Of a DNA stretch of 64,000 bases, positions 9,260-18,262 are shown piece after piece (within the stretch, counting starts at the first letter, position 1; every line of letters begins with the position of its first letter). The DNA comes from an uncultured Dehalococcoidia bacterium (GTDB lineage Bacteria > Chloroflexota > Dehalococcoidia > Lucifugimonadales > UBA826). The position numbers were made by a program, and so were the translations under genes. The stretch lies in the NCBI GenBank assembly GCA_964409595.1, contig CAYPDR010000022.1, positions 20,399 through 84,398 on the forward strand. The letters are read 5' to 3'. The notes beneath the pieces are model-generated. The model was not told the DNA's origin, made no database searches, and was given only the letters and a program-made list of their open reading frames with translations.

Positions 9260-11320
9260 GTGCCCAATAGGCTCATAAAACAAACGAGTCCCTATTTATT
9301 ACAGCATTCGGAAAATCCCGTGGATTGGTACCCATGGGGTCATGAAGCCTTCGAAGAGGCTAAAAGGCGGGACTCTCCTATACTATTAAGTATTGGGTAT
9401 TCGGCGTGCCATTGGTGTCACGTTATGGAGAAGGAATCTTTTGAAGACTCATCGATAGCGGCCCAGATGAATCGAGATTTCGTCAATATAAAGGTGGATA
9501 GAGAGGAAAGGCCTGATGTAGACGACATTTACATGTCCGCGGTACAGGCTATCTCTGGGAGCGGAGGCTGGCCGTTAACCGTGTTTTTGTCTCCTGATGG
9601 GCTGCCGTTTTGGGGCGGCACTTATTTTCCTCCCCAACCGAGAGGGGGGCACCCAGGGTTTCCGCAAATTTTGGAAGCTGTTGCTGATGCTTTTGCCAAT
9701 AGACGGACAGAACTTCACGAATCGTCCAAAAAAATAATGGATTATGTTGGACGTTTGGGTGAGGGCGAAGTTACAGAATTGATATCGCCCCATTATTTGG
9801 ATGAAGCCTTCCAAGATCTCAAAAAACAATTTGATTGGGATTGGGGTGGTTTTGGGAATCCCATAAAGTTTCCTCAGCCTCTGGTGTTAACTTATTTATT
9901 GCGATATTCGCAATGGAACAAAGAATCCGAAGCTTTAGATATGGTGGAATTTTCTCTAATGAAAATGATTTTTGGAGGGATTTACGACCATGTTGGGGGT
10001 GGGTTTCACCGATATTCCACTGACCGTCAGTGGCTGGTACCACACTTTGAAAAGATGTTATATGACAATGCCTTGATGGCGCATCTCTTCCTCAACGTGT
10101 TTCAGGAAACCGGCCGGCACGTGTTTAGGGACGTATCGTTGGACATTTTCGAATATGTCTTTAGGGATCTTACGAGGTCAGACGGACTTTTCTTTTCAGC
10201 TGAAGATGCGGATTCAGACGGTGAAGAGGGTATATTCTACACATGGACACCAGAAGAGCTGGACGACGTTCTCGGTAACGAACTTGGAAATAAAGTCGCC
10301 CGGGATATGCATGTAACCCAAGAAGGAAATTTCGAAGGCAGAAGTATACCGCACCCGAATCACTCCTCATGGAACCGGCCGCTAGAAGATCAAAACAATA
10401 ATCCTTGGCTATTGATCAGTAAGGAAGATAGGAAGAAGCTTCTTGCCTACAGGAGCGAAAGGAACAGGCCGTTTCGGGATGAGAAATGTATTTTGTCTTG
10501 GAATGCAATGATGGTTTGCGCTCTATCTGACGGCTATCTTGCTACGGGTAATGAATCCCTCAGGAAACATGCAATCCAAAACGTCCAAACGTGCCTAAAT
10601 ATAGAGAAATCAAACGGAGAGCTGTTTCGATCTGTCAAAGGATTGAATTGTTCAGGAGGGGCCTTTCTTGAAGACTATGCATCATTTATAAAAGCTTGCA
10701 TAGCGGTCCACGAAATCACATTTGATCCCAAATGGTTGTCAGAAGCACACAGGTTAACGGATTTAATGCTCGGAAAGTTTTGGCAAGGTGAAGAGGTAAT
10801 TCCATACGACGCTGCCCTGGGCGACGAAACCTTAATTGTTAGGCCTAGAAGTCTTTTCGATAATCCCATACCGTGTGGGAGTTCACAAGCTGCGGGCGCA
10901 TTGCTGGCTCTTAGTCGCCTTCTAGGTATAGCGAAATATTATGATATTGCCATAGGTATTTTGACGGGCATACCGAAGAGTTTGTACGCACAGCCTACCT
11001 CTGCGGGTAATTTCCTAAGTACCTATAGTTCGTTAATATTCCCCTGTGTAGAAATCGCAGTTGTAGGAGGAGATCTAGGAGCAATAAAATTGTTTCAAAG
11101 GGTCGTAGGAGGCAAATATATGCCTAACAGGGCATTTACGGGCAGCATATTAGGCGATTCTTACGAGTTCGGGGTTGAGATCCCTCTCTTGAAGGGCAGA
11201 TTGGAAGATGGAGGGCTAACAACGGCCTTCCTTTGCGAAAATTATTCTTGTCAGCTACCGACCAACTCCCCATTAGAACTAGCCAGCCAAATCAATGACT
11301 TTTTGAGGAATGATGAATAG
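9260..11320 (+). CDS. thioredoxin-domain protein (DUF255 / YyaL-type) with C-terminal alpha/alpha-barrel (N-acylglucosamine 2-epimerase-like) region
   Basis: GTG start. NPVDWYPWG and [18 protein letters not shown] (thioredoxin-like CxxC) are present, and the ~680 aa length is typical of this family. Confidence 0.85.
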   Translation: MPNRLIKQTSPYLLQHSENPVDWYPWGHEAFEEAKRRDSPILLSIGYSACHWCHVMEKESFEDSSIAAQMNRDFVNIKVDREERPDVDDIYMSAVQAISGSGGWPLTVFLSPDGLPFWGGTYFPPQPRGGHPGFPQILEAVADAFANRRTELHESSKKIMDYVGRLGEGEVTELISPHYLDEAFQDLKKQFDWDWGGFGNPIKFPQPLVLTYLLRYSQWNKESEALDMVEFSLMKMIFGGIYDHVGGGFHRYSTDRQWLVPHFEKMLYDNALMAHLFLNVFQETGRHVFRDVSLDIFEYVFRDLTRSDGLFFSAEDADSDGEEGIFYTWTPEELDDVLGNELGNKVARDMHVTQEGNFEGRSIPHPNHSSWNRPLEDQNNNPWLLISKEDRKKLLAYRSERNRPFRDEKCILSWNAMMVCALSDGYLATGNESLRKHAIQNVQTCLNIEKSNGELFRSVKGLNCSGGAFLEDYASFIKACIAVHEITFDPKWLSEAHRLTDLMLGKFWQGEEVIPYDAALGDETLIVRPRSLFDNPIPCGSSQAAGALLALSRLLGIAKYYDIAIGILTGIPKSLYAQPTSAGNFLSTYSSLIFPCVEIAVVGGDLGAIKLFQRVVGGKYMPNRAFTGSILGDSYEFGVEIPLLKGRLEDGGLTTAFLCENYSCQLPTNSPLELASQINDFLRNDE

Positions 11321-11594
11321 TGACCTGTAATGCTGTCCCTCGGTTTCTAAATGTCCGACTAATATATTAAAGTTCTTCTGGGATACTCCTACTCAGTGTG
11401 AAAGTTAGCCGAACCTCTGGTATAGGCCAAGGGAACTTGGTAATCGAGTATTTCATACTTATTTATCCGTTTGGGATTGGTTTCTTGATTGATAACCCTC
11501 TTGCCTAATTGAGCACTAGTTTTAGTCCATAGTTCACCTCTGTTTTTAACAGATGTACCTATTTAATTCCGTCCTTGAGATAGCCTAGAGATTT

Positions 11595-11610
11595 TCTAAT
11601 CATGATTAGA
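11595..11610. promoter_or_regulatory. perfect 16-bp palindrome TCTAATCATGATTAGA in the 400-bp non-coding region preceding the locus
   Basis: Read directly from the sequence. It is its own reverse complement and lies ~110 nt upstream of the GT-C gene start. It is a candidate dimeric-regulator site, but the function is unknown. Confidence 0.25.
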
Positions 11611-11722
11611 GGTTCAGACGAACCGTGGTATGAAAAGGCGTTTCTACAAACATCGGGTACCTGTAATATACGGTTTGTTGAAAACGAGGTCAGATACAGG
11701 TCAAAGATTGTGAGACGAAATA

Positions 11723-13033
11723 TTGAGTAGCCCTGATAGAAATCGAAACAGAATTAATGAGCTGCAGGAACCATTCGAAGGTGAATCCGACCAATTGAAA
11801 TCTAAATACCAGACGATCGCTATATGCACGGGGATATTTTTATTAGCCTTTTTGGTACGAGGACTATTCGCCGTGGGTTTTTTGGACTTGGATCGACCTT
11901 TATCTGGAGACGAAGGCGCGTACCACGCCCGTGCGGTCCAGATCAGCACAGGACAGTTTCTTGGCTCTTCCGATAGGCCTCTGTTGCTCGGGGCCATAAT
12001 ATCCCCGTTTTATTTGATCATCGAAGAGAGTTATATCCTGGGACGATTAGTTAATGTTCTGATTTCTTCTCTTGGGGTTCCTATCATCTACCTATTGGTC
12101 AGACTTTTTTTTGCTGGAAAATCGATTCCTATTTTGGTTTCAATGGCCTGGACCTTGTATCCACCAAGTATCTGGTACGCTGGATGGCTGCTTACGGAGA
12201 CCTTATCTTCGGTGTTGATGATCGGCTCCGTGTGGTCGCTCTGTCGTCTTAAGGAACACCGTGGTCAAAAATACGCTCTACTCACTGGACTCCTTCTCGG
12301 CATGTTGGCTATGAATAGGTCAATTTACATCCTATTGCCTCTATTGATAATGGGAACATATATTTTAATGGAAATTGTTGACAGGCAAAGAGATTTCCAT
12401 TTTCCGGCCGTTGCTGGTCATTGTGCTTTGTTAATATGCTCGTTTTCCCTAGTGCTCAGCCCATGGGTGCTGCATAATTTCTTATTGTTGGATCGGTTCG
12501 TTCCACATAGTACACAGGGTGGATATGTGATGATGATTTCAAACGCGGATCTTCGACACCCCGAGATTCAATCCGGAAAATACATTAAGGATTCTTGGTT
12601 AATGGATCAGGTAGAAGCACACAATCCAAGAGATCAACATCACATAGATTCTATACAGCGTAGTATTGCGATGGAATCAATAACATCTAACCTGAATCTT
12701 TTGCCTCAACCTATTGTGAACAGGATTAAGAATTCTTGGACTTCTAGACCGGACCCTTACGATTCGAAATGGACAATCAACGATTCAATCATGGCTTCTG
12801 TTTGGATACCATTGATAATCTTGTTTTTGGTGGGATCGTTTTTGAGACCGCTTAGGGAGACTTGGCCGCTCTTATTATTCATCGCGTATTTTAGTTTTAT
12901 GGCAATCCCATTCTGGGGCACACCAAGATTCAGGTTTCCTGTCGACGCCGTGCTGATGGTTCTATCGGGAATTGGGATTGGCCCAGTATTGATAATTTTT
13001 AAATCGCGCTTTGGTAAAAGGCTGATCTCTTGA
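11723..13033 (+). CDS. GT-C fold membrane glycosyltransferase (family 39 / ArnT-PMT_2-like)
   Basis: Polytopic membrane protein of 436 aa. The first loop carries the acidic motif SGDEGAYHA, resembling the DE..Y loop motif of ArnT/PMT enzymes. It sits at the head of the glycan locus. Confidence 0.6.
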   Translation: MSSPDRNRNRINELQEPFEGESDQLKSKYQTIAICTGIFLLAFLVRGLFAVGFLDLDRPLSGDEGAYHARAVQISTGQFLGSSDRPLLLGAIISPFYLIIEESYILGRLVNVLISSLGVPIIYLLVRLFFAGKSIPILVSMAWTLYPPSIWYAGWLLTETLSSVLMIGSVWSLCRLKEHRGQKYALLTGLLLGMLAMNRSIYILLPLLIMGTYILMEIVDRQRDFHFPAVAGHCALLICSFSLVLSPWVLHNFLLLDRFVPHSTQGGYVMMISNADLRHPEIQSGKYIKDSWLMDQVEAHNPRDQHHIDSIQRSIAMESITSNLNLLPQPIVNRIKNSWTSRPDPYDSKWTINDSIMASVWIPLIILFLVGSFLRPLRETWPLLLFIAYFSFMAIPFWGTPRFRFPVDAVLMVLSGIGIGPVLIIFKSRFGKRLIS

Positions 13034-13034
13034 A

Positions 13035-14000
13035 ATGAAGAAATATATTGTTACAGGTGCCGCAGGTTTTATCGGAACTCATGTTGCTCGTCTCCTCTTA
13101 GAAAGAGGTGATGAAGTTGTAGGTATCGATAATCTCAATGACGCATATGATCCGGCTATAAAAACATGGCGGTTGAACGAATTGAATTGCTACGTAGGAT
13201 TTTCATTTATTGAAAATGATATTTCAACTTCAGGTTCAGGATGGTCCCATTCTTTTGAAGGATCCGAGGCCGTGATTCACCTCGCGGCAAGGGCAGGAGT
13301 AAGGCAATCCGTTCTAAACCCAAGAGACTACCTAAGAACTAATGTAGAGGGTACTCTAAATGTTCTTGAAAATTGCAAAGAAAATGGTGTAGGGAAATTT
13401 ATACTTGCTTCCACGTCCAGTGTGTACGGGGCTGGTAAAGAGCAGCCTTATTCTGAAGAGAGCGAGTCAAATAGGACATTGTCACCGTACGCAGCATCTA
13501 AGAAAGCCGCAGAAACCCTCACATACACTTATCACCACCTATATGGCTTTCATACTCAAGTACTCAGATTTTTCACGGTTTACGGGCCCGCTGGTCGACC
13601 AGACATGGCTATATTTCGTTTTATAAAAGCCATTGTAGAAGGGGAAGAGGTCATTCTTCTGGGGGATGGAGGAGAGAGGGATTTTACCTTTGTTGATGAT
13701 GCCGCAAATGGGGTAATTAAAGCACTTGGTGTAGAAGGATACAACGTAATAAATTTGGGAAGCGATAGGCCTATCAGAATAACGCACGTACTCAAATTAA
13801 TTGAAGAGATGACCGGGAAGCAGGCAAAAATTAAGATAGTAGAAAGAGACCCTTCTGATGTTCCTTCCACATGGGCGGATATAAGTAAAGCGAAACATTT
13901 GTTGGGATGGAAACCCGAGACTGTTATAGAAAGGGGCATCGGGCTCACTCTCAATTGGTACCTAGCCAACCAGAATTGGGCAAGAAATATAATGCTGTAG
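13035..14000 (+). CDS. UDP-glucuronate 4-epimerase-like SDR (NAD-dependent epimerase)
   Basis: GAAGFIGTH, YAASKKAAE (YxxxK) and the family-typical RFFTVYGPAGRPDMA and ERDFTFVDD blocks. Confidence 0.8.
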   Translation: MKKYIVTGAAGFIGTHVARLLLERGDEVVGIDNLNDAYDPAIKTWRLNELNCYVGFSFIENDISTSGSGWSHSFEGSEAVIHLAARAGVRQSVLNPRDYLRTNVEGTLNVLENCKENGVGKFILASTSSVYGAGKEQPYSEESESNRTLSPYAASKKAAETLTYTYHHLYGFHTQVLRFFTVYGPAGRPDMAIFRFIKAIVEGEEVILLGDGGERDFTFVDDAANGVIKALGVEGYNVINLGSDRPIRITHVLKLIEEMTGKQAKIKIVERDPSDVPSTWADISKAKHLLGWKPETVIERGIGLTLNWYLANQNWARNIML

Positions 14001-14014
14001 GCTTTCGAACTTCA

Positions 14015-14617
14015 ATGGAAAGGGATTATTACAAAAGGCCATTCGATCTATTAATACTCTTAGCTGCACATCTTTTCTTGTTCCCTATTTTCCTGATTCT
14101 GTGGATCGTTATACCTTTGGCAATATGGATAGAGGATAGAGGGCCAGTGTTCTATGCACAGTTGCGAGTAGGGAAAAATGGAAAGATTTTCAAGCTATTC
14201 AAATTTAGGTCTATGGTGCCTAATGCTGAAGGTATAACAGGACCAATTTGGGCACTTGAAGACGATCACAGAATCACAAAGGTCGGACAGTTTTTACGAA
14301 AACGTGCTTTAGACGAATTACCACAGGTTATTAATCTAATGAAAGGCGACTTAAGTCTAGTAGGACCACGTCCAGAGAGGCCAGCCCTTTTGAAGGAGAT
14401 TAGGTTATATGTGCCTGGGTATGATTACCGATTATCTGTAAGACCTGGCCTTACTGGGTTTGCTCAAGTACATGGACGCTATAGAACGAAACCGAAACAT
14501 AAACTTATTTACGATCGACTCTATATTTCTAAAATGAACCCCTTGTTGGATATAAGATTACTAATCTTTTCTGTGATTTATACGATTAGAGCACGCTGGC
14601 AGGAAAGCGAGAAATAA
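14015..14617 (+). CDS. undecaprenyl-phosphate sugar phosphotransferase (small PglC/WbaP-C-type, Bac_transf)
   Basis: KRPFDLLI plus one re-entrant hydrophobic helix, GPVFYAQLRVGKNGKIFKLFKFRSM and DELPQVINLMKGDLSLVGPRPERP. I prefer ATG 14015 because the ORF-track start 13907 would overlap the upstream gene by 94 nt. Confidence 0.9.
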   Translation: MERDYYKRPFDLLILLAAHLFLFPIFLILWIVIPLAIWIEDRGPVFYAQLRVGKNGKIFKLFKFRSMVPNAEGITGPIWALEDDHRITKVGQFLRKRALDELPQVINLMKGDLSLVGPRPERPALLKEIRLYVPGYDYRLSVRPGLTGFAQVHGRYRTKPKHKLIYDRLYISKMNPLLDIRLLIFSVIYTIRARWQESEK

Positions 14618-14660
14618 CATTAAATAAACGGCTCGTGGATGACTTCAGATTATGTCTCAC

Positions 14661-16682
14661 TTACTTTGCAGGACTGACTTCCAGTTGACGATTCACATAG
14701 TCGCTCATCTCTCGCGCTCGTATTGCCTCACGTGTACCTGGGGCAATTTCCTCTAGTTTTTGCACGAATTTGTTTGCTTTCTGTAGACTCGCGGGGTCTT
14801 CCGTAGCACTGAGTAGATAAAACCGGGCCCAGGAGAAATACAAGCGCCAACTTTCAGGTTCTTGCCGGATTGACTCTTCTAATTCGTGATTCATGAATTC
14901 AATTGTCTGCTTTTTTACGTCTGAAGGCATACGTCCCCATAATCGCCCGATGCTCTCTATCATAAATAGTCTGGTGTAATTTGCTAAACCTGGTGCCTTA
15001 TCGATGGCGGACTCAAACGAGTGGACTCTTTCGGGCCACGGCGTATTTCTGTCTGCGACGATCGCGGTGTGCTGGGCTCCTGAATAGGCACCTATATTGA
15101 TCCAGTAAATCAAAACAATCATTAATGGAGCGACAATAGCGAAACAGAAATATACCGTCGTTAGCCTCGCAATTTTTAAATTCTTCCAAATTTTTATTTT
15201 TGAGCAGTACTTTTCTTTGACAATCTCATTTCCCTGTTCATCAAAGGTCCATGAAGTTTGGGACATGCAGACAACTAGTGAGATTAGAATGATGAATTGG
15301 GAATAAGTCGTGAGAGTGTCAAATAAAAAGAGATTTTGAATGAAATACGCAAATAATGCGCTGCTTATCGCCACGATGAATCCGGTTGCCATTCCTTTTC
15401 TTAGGACTTTGACTAAGTAAAAGGCGGTTAATGTCCATATTGAAAGATACGATAAAAGTCCGGTTATTCCTTTTGTAGTTAATTCTTCAATTATCTTGTT
15501 GTGAGCTTGGTCGAACCTTTCCTGTATTTCATCAGGTTCATCGAAGTATCTACCCCATGCGATTAGAAAGTTTTCAGGTCCCCAGCCAAATATAGGTTTG
15601 TCCAAAGCGGCACGAAGACCTGCCCGCCATGTGTGCCACCGACTGACTACTGAAGCATCGTTTATGTCCAATTGAACGAACCGCCCAGCAAGGGAACTAG
15701 AAGGTATATTCGATTTTACAAACTCCGAGTCTCGGTAAGAGAAAAACGCTATCACCATCAACATAGCTAGGGCTATTAGGAATAAAGAGCCTTTTTTTAC
15801 TAGTAAGTTTTTACCGCTAAAACTATAAACGATAGACGCAAATATGAGTGAAGAACCTAGTCCGATCATTGCTCCTCTAGTTCCTGTCAATGAAAGCACT
15901 GTAATATTCAGGAAGATCGCGATTGCCCAGAATGTTGTAGATGCTAAAGTAAGGAGATTTTTCTGCCTCACAAGTTGTTCGTTTCGATCCTTACGTCTTA
16001 CCCCCCTTCGCCGACTTGGCCTATTGCGGGAGCCCTTTGGCTGATACGAATTTCGAACGAATAGCTTTCCTGCATTAAGGCTTATAAGTGCTGCAGCTAC
16101 AAATGTATTCACAAGGCAATACGTGCCTAAGTAGGCTGAATTACCCAGAGTAGATTCTACGCGGCCTGCCCCAGGCTTCGAAATGAAATTTGGGAGTATT
16201 GATGAAAACCCTAAGTACTCCATTATTCCCATACAGCAAACGAGGACACTTACGAGCAGATTACAGCTCAAAAATATTTTCCATTGGAAAATATTTTTGA
16301 AAACGGAAATGACAATCAGCATAAAAATGATCCAATGTGAAAGATCAAGTAAACCTTGCATGCGTTCGTATGTGGACCAAAGGCTGCTGTTCATACTAAC
16401 GCCAGTCATCGAACTAACCATTGAAACCGCAAGATAGATCACGAAAGCCGCTACTACGGTGCTTTTGGGAGGCCTGTGTTCTTTGGACAATATTATTAGA
16501 GGGAGCCAAAGTATCACAGCCATTTCAATCAATACCCTCGAGAATACGGCTTTGCCGACCACATAAGGAAACAATGTAGTGGTTGTGACGACCAGCGGCA
16601 TGAACAATGCGAGAATGACAAGAATTCTGGTCATTGATGCTAACACTGGAACTAGCGATTGTTCTTGGTTTGAATTTTGCAT
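14661..16682 (-). CDS. Wzy_C (O-antigen ligase / O-oligosaccharyltransferase family) polytopic membrane protein with C-terminal TPR-like soluble domain
   Basis: 673 aa with many TM helices. It has the Wzy_C-like loop LTGTRGAMIGLGSSL and a basic cytoplasmic loop (RNRPSRRRGVRRKDR). The C-terminal ~130 aa are helical-repeat-like (WRLYFSWARFYLL...LQKANKFVQKLEE). Confidence 0.7.
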   Translation of the reverse strand: MQNSNQEQSLVPVLASMTRILVILALFMPLVVTTTTLFPYVVGKAVFSRVLIEMAVILWLPLIILSKEHRPPKSTVVAAFVIYLAVSMVSSMTGVSMNSSLWSTYERMQGLLDLSHWIIFMLIVISVFKNIFQWKIFLSCNLLVSVLVCCMGIMEYLGFSSILPNFISKPGAGRVESTLGNSAYLGTYCLVNTFVAAALISLNAGKLFVRNSYQPKGSRNRPSRRRGVRRKDRNEQLVRQKNLLTLASTTFWAIAIFLNITVLSLTGTRGAMIGLGSSLIFASIVYSFSGKNLLVKKGSLFLIALAMLMVIAFFSYRDSEFVKSNIPSSSLAGRFVQLDINDASVVSRWHTWRAGLRAALDKPIFGWGPENFLIAWGRYFDEPDEIQERFDQAHNKIIEELTTKGITGLLSYLSIWTLTAFYLVKVLRKGMATGFIVAISSALFAYFIQNLFLFDTLTTYSQFIILISLVVCMSQTSWTFDEQGNEIVKEKYCSKIKIWKNLKIARLTTVYFCFAIVAPLMIVLIYWINIGAYSGAQHTAIVADRNTPWPERVHSFESAIDKAPGLANYTRLFMIESIGRLWGRMPSDVKKQTIEFMNHELEESIRQEPESWRLYFSWARFYLLSATEDPASLQKANKFVQKLEEIAPGTREAIRAREMSDYVNRQLEVSPAK

Positions 16683-16832
16683 AATTGTTTGATCGTTACT
16701 CTACAGTATTAAGTGAGTAGCCTAATGATCTCAACTGTGAAGATTATATGTTTGTGCTAATTGAAATCCCAAGGGTGTTGGCAGCAATAAAATGGGAATA
16801 TGAAAATCAGGGTTGTCCTGCCACTTGACTAA

Positions 16833-16880
16833 TGTGTTCATTTTATGAACAATGATTCATGTGTTCACTTCTTGAACACA
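16833..16880. promoter_or_regulatory. two tandem inverted repeats (candidate operator pair) in the divergent promoter region
   Basis: IR1 is TGTTCA-TTTTA-TGAACA (16835-16851). IR2 is TGTGTTCA-CTTCT-TGAACACA (16860-16880). Both are preceded by the same ATGTGTTCA 9-mer, 27 bp apart. A TTGACT hexamer at 16825-16830 lies just upstream. Confidence 0.4.
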
Positions 16881-16913
16881 GAATTTTCGCCCATTGTCCT
16901 TCGGGGAATGTAT

Positions 16914-17528
16914 ATGAGTCAACACAGAGTTAAGGATGCTGGTGAGGGGTCCGAATTCAAGGAACTAAGATTGCTTGAGGAACTTATCGACACTCCTCAG
17001 ATCTCACAGCGAAAAATGGCAGACAGGCTGGGGGTTGCTCTCGGCGTGGCCAATATATTGACCAAAAACCTGATTAGAAAAGGATATGTTAAAGCGACGC
17101 AAGTTGGATGGCGAAGATGGGTCTATAGTTTAACCCCCGCCGGGTTCTCAAGGAAGGTTCAATTAACGAGACAGTACGTTGATAGGACGTTAGACCATTA
17201 CCGAAGGATTAGATCACTGTTGAGGGAAGAATTAAACGTAGCCCCTCTCGAGGGAGACTCAAGGGTGGCTATTTTGGGTAACTCAGAACTCGGGGAGCTT
17301 GTTTGTCTTGCTTTAAGTGATCTTGGTGTAAAGGATATATCAGTATTTGATGACCAAACATCTGGTGACCGACTTTCTAACTTCTTGGTTCAAGAGGAGC
17401 AGCACTTTACGAGATCAAATTTCGACACCGTCATAGAAGCGCGGGCAAACGACATGGAATACCTTGTGGTTGCAAATATGGACGATCCGGATGCCATACA
17501 AGGTAGATTTTGGGAGCCCCGCGAATGA
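16914..17528 (+). CDS. winged-helix (MarR-like, EPS-locus type) transcriptional regulator with C-terminal Rossmann-like extension
   Basis: The HTH segment is ISQRKMADRLGVALGVANILTKNLIRKGYVKA, followed by a wing (WRRWVYSLTPAG). The C-terminal half contains RVAILGNSELGELVCLALSDLGV. I prefer ATG 16914 (or 16908) because the ORF-track start 16845 lies inside the inverted repeats. Confidence 0.6.
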   Translation: MSQHRVKDAGEGSEFKELRLLEELIDTPQISQRKMADRLGVALGVANILTKNLIRKGYVKATQVGWRRWVYSLTPAGFSRKVQLTRQYVDRTLDHYRRIRSLLREELNVAPLEGDSRVAILGNSELGELVCLALSDLGVKDISVFDDQTSGDRLSNFLVQEEQHFTRSNFDTVIEARANDMEYLVVANMDDPDAIQGRFWEPRE

Positions 17529-18109
17529 AAAGAGATGCGATCTCCGGGGGCTGGTATCTAATTCGTATCAAGTCTGGTTGGGACAGAAAGGTTGAGGAGT
17601 TTCTACGGTATGCTGGACTCATAAGCTACTTGCCTGCTATTTCCCTGCCAAAAAATGATGGCACAATTCATATGAAACCTTTGTTTCCTGGATATGCATT
17701 TATATATATGGAGTCAGACGGTCCGGACTGGGCGAAAATTTTAGACCTACCTGGGATTCTTTCCTGGCTCAGTTTTGATGGTGTAATTCCTAGTATTCCT
17801 GAGACTGTGATTGAGTCGATCCGGGAGAAAGTTAAGGATTTAAGTGGAAAGGCTGAATTTTGGAGTCGCCTGAAAAGGGGTGAATTGGTTCAGGTAGTAA
17901 CAGGGAAAATAGAGGTGATAGCTGAAGTCTTTGAGGATGCAAAGTCACCTGATTCTCCGGTGATACTTCTCATGGAATTCATGGGACGTATGGTGAGGGC
18001 GTCGGTCCCATGGCACATGATAGCTGGAGTTTATGATGAGACCAAGGCGCCGCGGAATTTAAGACGTAAAAGAAGGACCAGAGGTCGCGGTCGATTAGTC
18101 AGATATTAG
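17525..18109 (+). CDS. NusG/RfaH-like transcription antitermination paralog (NGN + KOW) with Arg-rich tail
   Basis: The NGN-like part is WYLIRIKSGWDRKVEEFL...PLFPGYAFI. The KOW-like part is GELVQVVTGK. The tail is RNLRRKRRTRGRGRLVRY. ATG 17525 overlaps the regulator stop codon (ATGA). Confidence 0.7.
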   Translation: MKRDAISGGWYLIRIKSGWDRKVEEFLRYAGLISYLPAISLPKNDGTIHMKPLFPGYAFIYMESDGPDWAKILDLPGILSWLSFDGVIPSIPETVIESIREKVKDLSGKAEFWSRLKRGELVQVVTGKIEVIAEVFEDAKSPDSPVILLMEFMGRMVRASVPWHMIAGVYDETKAPRNLRRKRRTRGRGRLVRY

Positions 18110-18210
18110 CGATAATTGGAATTTATTGCGACAGGTTCAACAATGTGAAGAACCCTACCCGTTGAAGCGACAGCTCCGGTAGTTCTGAACTAAACGTGGT
18201 TATAAAAAAT

Positions 18211-18224
18211 TCGGTATATACCGA
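18211..18224. promoter_or_regulatory. perfect 14-bp palindrome TCGGTATATACCGA in the operon leader
   Basis: Read directly from the sequence. It lies ~40 nt upstream of the first biosynthetic gene and just downstream of the NusG paralog. Its function is unknown. Confidence 0.25.
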
Positions 18225-18262
18225 GAGGGCGGAGCTGTCTCCAAACATATTTTGGTTTTGGA

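Noticed and set aside
8951-9283. 110-aa minus-strand ORF.
   Set aside because: It runs antisense straight through the tRNA-Arg gene and into the start of the thioredoxin-domain gene. It is almost certainly a non-coding artefact.
13580-13969. Long antisense ORFs inside well-supported genes. This one is an example; others are 7133-7453, 41621-41998, 42242-42634, 45054-45485, 46488-46943, 55259-55642 and 56978-57361.
   Set aside because: Each lies opposite a CDS with strong family motifs, has low-complexity or Ser/Pro/Arg-rich composition and has no recognisable domain. They are typical shadow ORFs.
13907-14014. N-terminal extension of the sugar phosphotransferase ORF (track start 13907).
   Set aside because: It would overlap the epimerase gene by 94 nt, and the extension has no homology-like features. 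ATG 14015 begins right before the conserved KRPFD motif.
16845-16913. N-terminal extension of the MarR-like regulator (track start 16845).
   Set aside because: The extension is encoded by the inverted-repeat region itself, and a GGGGA purine run precedes the ATGs at 16908 and 16914. An operator/promoter is the more economical reading, although the longer form cannot be excluded.
18228-18238. GGCGGAGCTGT as an RfaH-type ops/JUMPStart element.
   Set aside because: Only the first five bases match the enterobacterial core GGCGGTAG, and the organism is clearly not an enterobacterium. I mention it inside the regulatory finding but do not call it a feature.
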